The notes under the pieces: model-generated
Told to the model about the DNA's origin: nothing
What the model saw: the letters and a program-made list of their open reading frames with translations, nothing else
Database searches by the model: none
Source of the DNA: a virus
Taxonomy: Duplodnaviria > Caudoviricetes
Length of the DNA: 37,023 bases
Virus record (IMG/VR): IMGVR_UViG_3300042295_000748
Span: 1-37,023 of that record
Reading direction: 5' to 3' (one strand)
Program-made: the position numbers and the translations under genes
Shown here: positions 26,506 through 34,595 of the stretch, one piece after another
How the letters are laid out: every line of letters begins with the position of its first letter
How positions within the stretch are numbered: the stretch's first letter is position 1

Positions 26506-26660
26506 AACCCAAACCCAAACGCCCCGTTGCTAAGATGTTTGTCGTGTCAGACGACACGCACAAGCGACTGAAGGAATACGCAAAACGCAAAGGCTATAAG
26601 CTGCAGTACGTTGCGGACGAAGCGGTGAGTGAATATCTAAAGAGACAGGAGGCGAAATGA
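26502..26660 (+). CDS. Ribbon-helix-helix-like DNA-binding protein 2
   Basis: MFVVSDDTHKRLKEYAKRKGYKLQYVADEAVSEYL; similar to 25692-25829. Confidence 0.7.
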   Translation: MKPKPKRPVAKMFVVSDDTHKRLKEYAKRKGYKLQYVADEAVSEYLKRQEAK

Positions 26661-26947
26661 CACAAGAAGAACAACGAGTATCTATCGCAGAAGCGTGTGG
26701 TGAAGATAGCGACAGTATCGTGCGGGAACTTATCCCCGACTACCTCAACGACCTCAACGCCATGCACGATGCGGAGAAGGTGCTGGGTGAGAAGCGGATC
26801 AGAAGCTACGCATTTACGTTAGCTCAAGTCTTGGATACCTCGCCAACCGTGGATCTTGACGACCAGTTTCTGAACATCCACGCCACCGCAGCCCAACGAG
26901 CAGAGGCTTTCCTCCGCACGATTGGTAAATGGAAGGGGGCGAAATGA
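26657..26947 (+). CDS. Phage ABA-sandwich-like hypothetical protein
   Basis: IPDYLNDLNAMHDAEKVL...ATAAQRAEAFL pattern recalled from that family. Confidence 0.6.
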   Translation: MTQEEQRVSIAEACGEDSDSIVRELIPDYLNDLNAMHDAEKVLGEKRIRSYAFTLAQVLDTSPTVDLDDQFLNIHATAAQRAEAFLRTIGKWKGAK

Positions 26948-27270
26948 GCGATACAATCATCCTTGATAGCAAAAAGTGCAATGCGCAATTACTAACCATC
27001 CACGCCGACGGCCGCATAACTGTAGCCGAGCATCTTAAACCTACGGAGACAGCAGCGAAGGTGTTACAGATCATGCGTGAACAATGGATGGATAGCATTC
27101 AATCCAAAAAGATTAGGGAACAAGAGGACCGCATCAAGCGGTTGGAGGAGGCTGGAGACAAGATGGAAACAAGGTTGCATCTTCGGAAAAACATATCTGA
27201 CCAGTTCGTTTACAAGGGAGACGCTGAATCAGTTGAAAATTGGAACCAAGCCAAGGAGGCCAAGCCGTGA
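26944..27270 (+). CDS. Hypothetical early protein
   Basis: ATGA-coupled start MSDTIILD; coiled-coil RIKRLEEAG. Confidence 0.65.
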   Translation: MSDTIILDSKKCNAQLLTIHADGRITVAEHLKPTETAAKVLQIMREQWMDSIQSKKIREQEDRIKRLEEAGDKMETRLHLRKNISDQFVYKGDAESVENWNQAKEAKP

Positions 27271-27581
27271 GCCAACTCAACAACATAGGTATTCTTGAGA
27301 TGATGCGCGGAACACCACCGCCAACGTGGGAGCAGACCTGTCTCAAGCTGTCCTCTGATCTAGCTGATTCACGCCAGCACGTCATAGAACTCGAAAACCG
27401 TCTCCGCGCTCTGTGGGACAAGCTCGAAGGGGAGAGGAAGTTCTACGATGAGCGCATCCGAGAACTCGAAATAGCTGGCAACGCAATGTACGCATTCATC
27501 AATCCGCCATCTCCGAGCATGAGGACCATCCGAATGGACAACCTGTTGCAAGGATGGGACGACGCTAAGATTGGGAAATAG
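27267..27581 (+). CDS. Hypothetical coiled-coil protein
   Basis: GTGA-coupled start; RIRELEIAG module. Confidence 0.65.
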   Translation: MSQLNNIGILEMMRGTPPPTWEQTCLKLSSDLADSRQHVIELENRLRALWDKLEGERKFYDERIRELEIAGNAMYAFINPPSPSMRTIRMDNLLQGWDDAKIGK

Positions 27582-27589
27582 GCCAAGCC

Positions 27590-27733
27590 ATGAACCATCT
27601 TGTTAACGCCAACAAAATGATCAGCGATACCATCCAATGTGAGCGATGCTTCCGAGTGGCTGTCATCTCCAAGAGCGGAAAAACCTACGTCTGCACGATC
27701 TGCAAGCATCGGGAGAAGGTGGGGAAGCCGTGA
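27590..27733 (+). CDS. Small zinc-ribbon protein (47 aa, not in ORF track)
   Basis: CERC...CTIC; stop overlaps next GTG. Confidence 0.6.
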   Translation: MNHLVNANKMISDTIQCERCFRVAVISKSGKTYVCTICKHREKVGKP

Positions 27734-27951
27734 ACGTCCCAATCGGACCAGCCGCATTCGTGTTCCGCCACAAGAGAACCGGCCAGATTGTCGTCGCACC
27801 CAGCGAGCGGTGGCATGAGTACTACGACAACAAAGAGGACTGGGAACACACTGCGAGCGTGAATGCTTGCGGAGCTTTACAGTACATCATCGACGCCAAA
27901 CCGGCTGAGAGAAACCGATACATCAAGTCGCTTACTACCGAGAAACCATGA
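27730..27951 (+). CDS. Hypothetical protein
   Basis: GTGA-coupled; 73 aa. Confidence 0.6.
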   Translation: MNVPIGPAAFVFRHKRTGQIVVAPSERWHEYYDNKEDWEHTASVNACGALQYIIDAKPAERNRYIKSLTTEKP

Positions 27952-28121
27952 CCATCGAACAAATGAGAACCATCGACGCCGTCAAGACTTGGAAAGAACT
28001 GGAGGAGGCCCGAGCCAGGATCAAGCACCTGGAGGCAGCACTTCGCAGGATCGCCAACCAAGACTATCGCGGCAACCGCTCGACCGAATCTCAGATCGCT
28101 GTTGAGGCGTTGAAACCATGA
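27948..28121 (+). CDS. Small coiled-coil protein (57 aa, not in ORF track)
   Basis: ELEEARARIKHLEAALRRIA; ATGA-coupled at both ends. Confidence 0.65.
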   Translation: MTIEQMRTIDAVKTWKELEEARARIKHLEAALRRIANQDYRGNRSTESQIAVEALKP

Positions 28122-28318
28122 TCACCAAACTCCACGAACTGCCGCCCGACCATCACCTGCGCAACACGGCCATCCAGCACATTGACGTGAGGATTAAGTG
28201 CCGGCACAGCGGGACCACTCGAGACCCGCGCACCTGGCGCATCAAGAACGACACATACAACAGGCTGTGCGACACCTGGCACATCAACTTCGACTTCATC
28301 ATCCAACCAGCACCATGA
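28118..28318 (+). CDS. Hypothetical protein
   Basis: 66 aa; ATGA-coupled at both ends. Confidence 0.6.
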   Translation: MITKLHELPPDHHLRNTAIQHIDVRIKCRHSGTTRDPRTWRIKNDTYNRLCDTWHINFDFIIQPAP

Positions 28319-28470
28319 GCGAGAACACAGTGGCCAAGAAACTCAAGCAGGGCGACGGCGTCTACTGCATCAGTAAGCAGGAGGCTGGCGCGATCTACAA
28401 GGCAGCCCGGGACTACAAGGTTGACGACGTCAGCTACTGGCGGCGCAAGCGGGGAAAGGCCGGCAAGTGA
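28315..28470 (+). CDS. Small basic hypothetical protein
   Basis: MSENTVAKK...WRRKRGKAGK; coupled at both ends. Confidence 0.6.
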   Translation: MSENTVAKKLKQGDGVYCISKQEAGAIYKAARDYKVDDVSYWRRKRGKAGK

Positions 28471-28685
28471 TCACCGACCGAGACGTGGCCAAGTGCATGG
28501 CCGAGTACGGTGGCGGGTTTGTTAGTCGGCTGGGCAGTGCTGCCCTGGCCGCCGACCCGAGCAATCTGAAGAAACTGCGGGATGCCTTCCCGGACTACTG
28601 GGCGAACTACGCCCGGATGGCACAACAACTTTTCGAGGTCGAGAAACAGGCCTCGGTTCAACACAACAACAACAACATAAAGTAA
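28467..28685 (+). CDS. Hypothetical protein
   Basis: YGGGFVSRLG.A...AD..N..KL..AFPDYW pattern recalled from phage hypotheticals. Confidence 0.7.
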   Translation: MITDRDVAKCMAEYGGGFVSRLGSAALAADPSNLKKLRDAFPDYWANYARMAQQLFEVEKQASVQHNNNNIK

Positions 28686-28690
28686 GACGT

Positions 28691-29473
28691 ATGATAATCA
28701 GTGCAACAGGCGGGAAGAAGGACTTCGCGCCGTGCCCCGAGTTCTCGGGCCGGGCGGTGTGCGTGGACGTGACTCCGTTGAAGGAGTACGAGACCGAGTA
28801 CGGCGTGAAGCAGAAGTTCAAGTTCGCGTTCGAGATCGAACTGCAGGACGACAGCAGGGACCCGGTGCAGCCCTGGGTGGTGTTCACCAAGCCCATGGTG
28901 CCCAGCCTGCATGAGAAGGCGGCGCTGACTAAGTTCCTCAAGGACTGGTTCGGCCGGAAGTTGACCGACCAGGAGAACAAGAGTCTGGACCTGGAGAGCC
29001 TCATTGGGCGCCCGGCCAGCCTGGTCATCGGGCACGAGCAGAGCGCGGATGGGAGCAAGACCTACGCGAACATCAAGCTGATCATGGCGCACAAGGCAGG
29101 CGAGCCGCTGCCAGCGAGCGGGCTGTGGGTGCGGCTGCAGGACCGGCCTGCGAAGGATGGAGCCGAGGGCAAGGCAGCGCCGGCGAGCGGGGACTCGAGC
29201 TTCCGCAAGACCTCGGGCGGCGGGCAGCCTCCGGCGGACGATGCGTCCAAGGTCAAGGTTCACGTCGGGAAGCACAAGGGCATCGAGCTCCGGGAGCTGA
29301 CCGAGGAGAGCATCACGAGCCTGATCGAGCACTGGCTGCCCAAGGCCCGGGCCGAGGTTAAGCAGACCGCGGACGACAAGCGCCTGATCAACGGCCTGGT
29401 GTGGTACCAGGCCAAGTTCAAGGTTGACGAGGAAGCTCAGGTTAAAGTGGAGCAGGACGACCTCCCCTACTGA
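28691..29473 (+). CDS. SSB-like / NGO0469-like replication protein
   Basis: SLHEKAAL.KFL..W.GR, DLESLIG.PA.L.I.H, KTYANI motifs; acidic-aromatic tail DDLPY. Confidence 0.7.
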   Translation: MIISATGGKKDFAPCPEFSGRAVCVDVTPLKEYETEYGVKQKFKFAFEIELQDDSRDPVQPWVVFTKPMVPSLHEKAALTKFLKDWFGRKLTDQENKSLDLESLIGRPASLVIGHEQSADGSKTYANIKLIMAHKAGEPLPASGLWVRLQDRPAKDGAEGKAAPASGDSSFRKTSGGGQPPADDASKVKVHVGKHKGIELRELTEESITSLIEHWLPKARAEVKQTADDKRLINGLVWYQAKFKVDEEAQVKVEQDDLPY

Positions 29474-29476
29474 GCC

Positions 29477-29878
29477 ATGAACCCGACCAGGAAGAAGTAC
29501 ACCAAGGTGGCCCACCTCATCCCCGAGGTCATGCAGATGAGGGCCGAGGGCAAGTCCATCACACAGATCGGCGAGATCATGGGCCTGACCAAGCAGCGCA
29601 TCAGCCAGATCTCGCAGGCGGCCAAGATCAAGGCCGAGATCCAGGCGCAGTGGGGCTGGCCCTTCACCACGCGCACCTTCAATGTCCTAGACCGCATGGC
29701 GGTGAAGGATAAGAGCGAGGCCCTGAGCCTGTATACGTCCGGGCACCTGCATCCCAATGCCGTCACAGGCTTCGGGTGGAAGTCCTACTCCGAGATCTGC
29801 GAGTGGCTGGCCGTGCCGGTGCTCCTGAAGAGGCCCAAAGAACCCAAGCTGTGCCCGCACTGCGGGAAGCAGATCTGA
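29477..29878 (+). CDS. Putative transcription factor: sigma region 4-like HTH + RNAP alpha-CTD-like domain + zinc ribbon
   Basis: GKSITQIGEIMGLTKQRISQI; TTRTFNVL...GFGWKSYSEI; CPHCG. Confidence 0.65.
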   Translation: MNPTRKKYTKVAHLIPEVMQMRAEGKSITQIGEIMGLTKQRISQISQAAKIKAEIQAQWGWPFTTRTFNVLDRMAVKDKSEALSLYTSGHLHPNAVTGFGWKSYSEICEWLAVPVLLKRPKEPKLCPHCGKQI

Positions 29879-29920
29879 CAACTTTCCCGGCAGCCCGTTG
29901 CTGTTGGGGACTCATGGACA

Positions 29921-29952
29921 AGCGGGGGGTGCGCATCCGCTGACAAACGCAC
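29921..29952 (+). promoter_or_regulatory. Predicted H-type RNA pseudoknot in gene leader (copy B)
   Basis: S1 AGCGGG/TCCGCT, L1 GG, S2 GTGCG/CGCAC, L2 CA, L3 GACAAA; 28 nt before ATG 29981. Confidence 0.55.
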
Positions 29953-29980
29953 AACTACCAATCCAAACCGTTTTAGCATT

Positions 29981-30643
29981 ATGCCAGCAAACCCACGTAT
30001 TTACTTCGACATTGAGACAGGACCGCTCCCTATTGCGGAGCTGGTCATCCCACCGTTTGACCCGAGCCAGGTCAAGCTGGGCAACATCAAGAACCCGGAC
30101 CTGATCGCTGAAAAGATCAGGACAGCCGAGGAGAACCACGTCAGCGACTACATCAAGAACGCAGCACTGGATGCCCTGAGCGGCCAGGTGCTGGCCATCG
30201 GATACCGTGTCGAGCATGAGCAGCCCGCGGTGCTCTGCGCCGATACGGATGGCGAGAAGGCCATGCTGCTGCAGTTCTGGTCGCTGCTCGACAGTTTCGA
30301 GCGCAAGCCGCAGATGATCGGATTCAATGTGAAGCCCTTTGACCTGCCGTTCCTATTCAAGCGGTCCTGGAAGCACCGGATCACCGTGCCCTACTGGATG
30401 CGCAATGGCAGGTATTGGACCGACCTGATCGTGGATCTGCGCGAGGTGTGGCAGCTAGGCGACAGCCGGGCGCACGGCAGTCTTGCCGCGATATCGAGGC
30501 ACCTCGGGCTGGGCGACAAGGCCGGCAACGGGGCGCACTTCCACGAGCTGTTCAAGACCGACCGCGAGGCTGCCATTGCCTACTGCCTGCGCGACGTGGA
30601 ACTCACGCAGAAGGTCTCCGACATCCTCATCCCGACCTACTGA
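29981..30643 (+). CDS. DEDDy 3'-5' exonuclease (PolB-like, standalone)
   Basis: ExoI FDIET, ExoII GFN..PFDLPFL, ExoIII YCLRDV. Confidence 0.88.
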   Translation: MPANPRIYFDIETGPLPIAELVIPPFDPSQVKLGNIKNPDLIAEKIRTAEENHVSDYIKNAALDALSGQVLAIGYRVEHEQPAVLCADTDGEKAMLLQFWSLLDSFERKPQMIGFNVKPFDLPFLFKRSWKHRITVPYWMRNGRYWTDLIVDLREVWQLGDSRAHGSLAAISRHLGLGDKAGNGAHFHELFKTDREAAIAYCLRDVELTQKVSDILIPTY

Positions 30644-30644
30644 T

Positions 30645-31901
30645 ATGGAGACTACCACCTGGCCGGCGGAAGCCGAATTCGATCCGACACCGGAGGACCG
30701 GTTCATGGTATGGGCCACCACCGGAGGGAACGTGTTCCTGACCGGCCAGGCTGGTACGGGCAAAAGCACGCTGCTCAAGCAATTCTTGGATTCAGGAGCA
30801 ATGGGCGTGGCGGTGACGGCCCCGACAGGCATTGCCGCGTTGAACGTGGGCGGGACCACCGTGCACAGATGGTGCGGGATGCAGTTGGGGCCGCAGGATG
30901 GCGAGGACTTCCTGCAGGCTGCCGAGCGGCTGGAGGAGCAGCCTTCGATTCATGGAGCCCGCAAGCGGGTGCGGAGCACCGAGGTGCTGGTGGTCGACGA
31001 GATCAGCATGATGGCAGGAAGGCACTTGGACTTCTTGAACTACTGGGTGAAGCGGATCAGAGAAGACAGCAGGCCCTTCGGCGGGTTACAGGTTATCTTC
31101 CTGGGCGACTTCCTGCAGTTGCCGCCGGTCAGGACCGACCAGAGCCAGCCCTACGACTGGGCGTTCCTGAGTCAGGCTTGGGAGGAGGCCGACTTCAAGA
31201 CGATCAAGCTCGAGAAGGTGCGGAGGCAGAATGACCTGCCGTTCATTGAGATGCTGAGCGGGTTCCGGGTGGGTAGGATGAAGCCGCGGGACAACCAACT
31301 GCTGCGGAGTGCGCTCAGGATGAACCCGCCGGAGCACATTACTCGGCTGATGACGCACAACGTGCAGGTGGATAAGTGGAATAATTATCGGCTGAGTTCG
31401 ATTGATGGCCCGATTGCTGTGTTTGACTCCGAGGTCAGGGGTGTAGATCAGGCCGTGGAGTTCGCCACCAAGAACATGAGCACGCCGCGGGTGCTGCAGT
31501 TGAAGCCCGGGGCTGCCGTGATGTTTACCGCGAACGATGCGGAGCAGGGCTTCTACAATGGGCAGGTGGGCCGTGTGGTGGAGTTTCGGGGTGGGGATAT
31601 CGTGGTCGAGAGCCGCGGTGAGAAGATTTCACTGGGTCGGCGCAAATGGTTCTTTGAGAGTCTGGGGGTGACCGTCCAACAATACCCGCTCCGATTGGCC
31701 TACGCGATGACCATACACCGGGCGCAGGGACTGACCCTGGATGCCGCGAGGATTGACATACGGGCGGCCCGGGAGCCCGGGCAGGCCTACGTGGCACTGA
31801 GCCGGGTGCGGACGCTGGGCGGGATCTACCTGACCGAGTGGCCGAAGGGCTGGTTCATCAGCGAGGAGGCGTTGCGGTTTGAAAGGCGTGAAGAGGTATG
31901 A
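30645..31901 (+). CDS. PIF1/RecD-like SF1B DNA helicase
   Basis: GQAGTGKS, TAPTGIAA, VDEISM, PFGG.Q....GDFLQLPPV, RRQND, NGQVG, QYPLRLAYAMTIHRAQGLT, GQAYVALSR. Confidence 0.93.
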   Translation: METTTWPAEAEFDPTPEDRFMVWATTGGNVFLTGQAGTGKSTLLKQFLDSGAMGVAVTAPTGIAALNVGGTTVHRWCGMQLGPQDGEDFLQAAERLEEQPSIHGARKRVRSTEVLVVDEISMMAGRHLDFLNYWVKRIREDSRPFGGLQVIFLGDFLQLPPVRTDQSQPYDWAFLSQAWEEADFKTIKLEKVRRQNDLPFIEMLSGFRVGRMKPRDNQLLRSALRMNPPEHITRLMTHNVQVDKWNNYRLSSIDGPIAVFDSEVRGVDQAVEFATKNMSTPRVLQLKPGAAVMFTANDAEQGFYNGQVGRVVEFRGGDIVVESRGEKISLGRRKWFFESLGVTVQQYPLRLAYAMTIHRAQGLTLDAARIDIRAAREPGQAYVALSRVRTLGGIYLTEWPKGWFISEEALRFERREEV

Positions 31902-33868
31902 TGACGACGCAAGAGATTGAGGCCTGGCTGGGGACGCCGCTGTTCCTGGTGCCGCAGAGCCCGGGGACCAAGATACCGATGGTCAAGTACACCCAGGAGA
32001 CCATGGAGAGTACTAAGCGGGATGTGTACCGGGTCATGCTCGAGCACGGGAACGTGGCTGTGAGGCTGGGGGAGTTCTCCGGAGGGCTGTGCGCGATAGA
32101 CTTCGACGATGAGGGGAGTTTGGAGGCGTTCTTGAGGGTCAACCCGGTGCTGCAGGGGTCGGCAAGGTGGAAGGGCAAAAGGGGAGCGCAGATTGGCGTG
32201 AGGATCACGGGCAAGTACCCGGGGCCGTGCGCGGAGCGCAGCACGACCGAGATGGTCCAGGTCGGTGATCGGTTGCTGGGCAAGCCATTGTATGAGTGGC
32301 GGAGTACGGGGAACCTGAGCACGGTGAAGGGCGTGCACCCGAGCGGGTGCGAGTACAGCGTGCTGGTGGACAGGCCGCCGGTGGCGCTGGAGTTCAGCCA
32401 GATCCGGTGGCCCGAGGGCTGGCCGGCGCCGGGCAGTCGGGATGAGATCGCGCAGTTGATCCGGCAGCATGGCGTGCCCTGGACGTTCGGCCGGAGCGGC
32501 ACGGGCAATCTGCAGGCTCCGTTCTTTGCGGCCTACATGGCGCACAAGGAACGGTTCCTCTTCGATGCGGTGAGCGGGATGCACTACTGGTACAAGGAGG
32601 ACCGGGGGATCTGGATGAGCATGAGCCGCGAGGAGATGGCTCAGAAGGCCCTGGAGACTGCCAGGCGCGTTCTGTTGGATCAGGTGGCCTCTACGGAGGA
32701 CCCGCGGCTGCCGGCGCTGCTGACGAGGCTGACAGCCAGCTTCGCGGACCAGGTGGTGGATCTCATCGGAAGGTTGCAGGTGGAGCGCAATCCGTTCTCC
32801 AGGCCGGACAGCGTGGTGCACTGCTCCAATGTCATGGTGGATCTACGGGCAGCACCCTACGAGATGCATGGCTTCGGGCCGGAGTGGATGTCGAGGAATC
32901 AGACGCCGGTGCGGTATGTCCAGGGGGCAAGCAGCGAGATGTGGCAGGCCTTCCTGGATCATGCCCTGCCCGAGAAGGACGACCAGATGCTGCTGCAGAG
33001 ATGGGGCGGCCTGGCGCTGCTCCAGAGGAACAGGCCGCAGGTGATTCTGCTGCTGACGGGGACCGGCGGCGGCGGGAAGAGCACGGTGGCCGGGTTGGTC
33101 AGGCGACTGGTGGGCGACGAGAACTGCAGCGAGCTGAGGACCGCGCACCTGGGCAGCAGGTTCGAGCTGGCCAACTTCCACGATAGGACGCTGCTGATCG
33201 GCAGCGACGTGCCGCCGGACTTCCTGTCCTGCGAGGAGAGCCAGCAGCTCAAGGCTCTGACGGGTGGCGATAGGTTGAGCGTGGAGTTCAAGGGCAAGAG
33301 CGGGGCCAAGGCCGTGGTCGGCGACTGGAACGTCATCGTGACGGCCAATAGTAGGCTCAAGGTCAACGTGCAGGGAGATTTGGGAGCGTGGTCGAGACGG
33401 TTGCTGCTGCTGGACTTCAGCCAGCCCAAGCCGGAGAAGGTGATCCCCAACTATCACGACGTGATGATTGAGCGGGAGGGCAGCGGGATATTGAACTGGT
33501 TCCTGGAGGGCGCGGAGGATCTGTGCCGGGTCATGCAGGCCGGCAGGCCGTTCCCGGTGACCGAGAGGCAGCGCGGGATGATTGATAATCTATTGAGCGA
33601 AAGCGACAGTGTGAGATACTTTGTTGTTAACCATGTCCGGGGTAGCAGTATGTCGTCGGATTGTATCACAACCGAGGAACTATATAGTGCTTACATGACG
33701 ATGTGTAACAACAAGGAATGGGGGCCTGAACCGGAGAAGCGTTTCCAGAAACGTGCCGCTGAACTGATGCTGGAGATACACCAGGCCATCCCGTCGAACC
33801 ACATTCACCGTAGCGACGGTCAGCAACAACAGTCCCGAGGCTACATGAAAGTAACCTTGACCGCATGA
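31898..33868 (+). CDS. Primase-polymerase fused to SF3 (P4/D5-like) helicase
   Basis: NVAVRLG...AIDFDD and VHPSG..Y prim-pol motifs; GTGGGGKST, LKALTGGD, IVTAN, AWSRR helicase motifs. Confidence 0.88.
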   Translation: MMTTQEIEAWLGTPLFLVPQSPGTKIPMVKYTQETMESTKRDVYRVMLEHGNVAVRLGEFSGGLCAIDFDDEGSLEAFLRVNPVLQGSARWKGKRGAQIGVRITGKYPGPCAERSTTEMVQVGDRLLGKPLYEWRSTGNLSTVKGVHPSGCEYSVLVDRPPVALEFSQIRWPEGWPAPGSRDEIAQLIRQHGVPWTFGRSGTGNLQAPFFAAYMAHKERFLFDAVSGMHYWYKEDRGIWMSMSREEMAQKALETARRVLLDQVASTEDPRLPALLTRLTASFADQVVDLIGRLQVERNPFSRPDSVVHCSNVMVDLRAAPYEMHGFGPEWMSRNQTPVRYVQGASSEMWQAFLDHALPEKDDQMLLQRWGGLALLQRNRPQVILLLTGTGGGGKSTVAGLVRRLVGDENCSELRTAHLGSRFELANFHDRTLLIGSDVPPDFLSCEESQQLKALTGGDRLSVEFKGKSGAKAVVGDWNVIVTANSRLKVNVQGDLGAWSRRLLLLDFSQPKPEKVIPNYHDVMIEREGSGILNWFLEGAEDLCRVMQAGRPFPVTERQRGMIDNLLSESDSVRYFVVNHVRGSSMSSDCITTEELYSAYMTMCNNKEWGPEPEKRFQKRAAELMLEIHQAIPSNHIHRSDGQQQQSRGYMKVTLTA

Positions 33869-33891
33869 AAAGCACTGGATTTGTCAAGTGT

Positions 33892-34029
33892 TGTCAAGCG
33901 GTTGGGACGGGGGACGGCACTTCTCAACTCGGTGCTAGAAGTGTAAAAGGGGGTATAGGCTGCTCCAGGGTAGGAATGGAGTTGGGAAATGCCGTCCCTC
34001 CCGTCCCAAACACTAGACACCGCTTGACA
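33892..34029. other. Long imperfect inverted repeat, candidate replication origin
   Basis: TGTCAAGCGGT/ACCGCTTGACA outer arm plus TTGGGACGG-GGGACGGCACTTCTCAACTC / GAGTTGGGAAATGCCGTCCC-TC-CCGTCCCAA inner arm, directly after the primase-helicase gene. Confidence 0.55.
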
Positions 34030-34272
34030 GTGGTAGGCCTACGCAAAATTGGCTCGAAATTGGTCGGGCAATGCCCAGCCTGTGCCGAGGTAGGTGGGGA
34101 CAAGCAGCGCAATCACCTCGTTGTCCAGGCAGACGGGAGGTTTGGTTGCGTTATCCACCCCGGTCCCAGTGGCAAGGCACATAGACAACGCATATTTCAG
34201 CTTATAGGAGATAAAAGCGGCAAGGGTAGGCAGCACTTGCCCGCAACACCATTAGACATATCACTGTTATGA
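33976..34272 (+). CDS. Zinc-finger protein resembling a detached primase zinc-binding domain (start uncertain, 33865 or 33976)
   Basis: GQCPAC...DK...HL......FGC pattern; stop coupled to the next gene. Confidence 0.55.
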   Translation: MELGNAVPPVPNTRHRLTVVGLRKIGSKLVGQCPACAEVGGDKQRNHLVVQADGRFGCVIHPGPSGKAHRQRIFQLIGDKSGKGRQHLPATPLDISLL

Positions 34273-34595
34273 TAGTAACAAACACAACGAAACTATTGAT
34301 GGAGGCACCGCACCTTGTGAAGATAGGCGTGCAGCGTGGCTGGCTGTCGTACCCCAAGGATATGGCGTTCAAGGAGGACGGCACACCAGCCCCGGTTATG
34401 CAGGATGAGCCGGAAGTCACCGAGCAGCGCCACACACCGGACATGGCACGCAAGGCCTACGACCTGCGTGACCGCGGCCTGTCGCTGAACGATGTCGCCA
34501 CGGCCTGCCAGGTGCCCCGAGGCAGCGTGGTCTATCTCATCAGCAAGGGCCACGAACTCTACCTCGCAAGCCAACGGAAGGACATTGAACCATGA
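34269..34595 (+). CDS. HTH domain protein
   Basis: LRDRGLSLNDVATACQVPRGSVVYLISKG. Confidence 0.7.
   Translation: MIVTNTTKLLMEAPHLVKIGVQRGWLSYPKDMAFKEDGTPAPVMQDEPEVTEQRHTPDMARKAYDLRDRGLSLNDVATACQVPRGSVVYLISKGHELYLASQRKDIEP

Noticed and set aside
30483-30644. Helicase N-terminal extension overlapping the exonuclease
   Set aside because: Shadow-like composition; ATG 30645 follows the exonuclease stop by one base.
33865-33975. First 37 codons of the 135-aa ORF as real protein
   Set aside because: Coincides with the inverted repeat and looks unstructured. Left unresolved because the ATGA overlap at 33865 is compatible with coupling.
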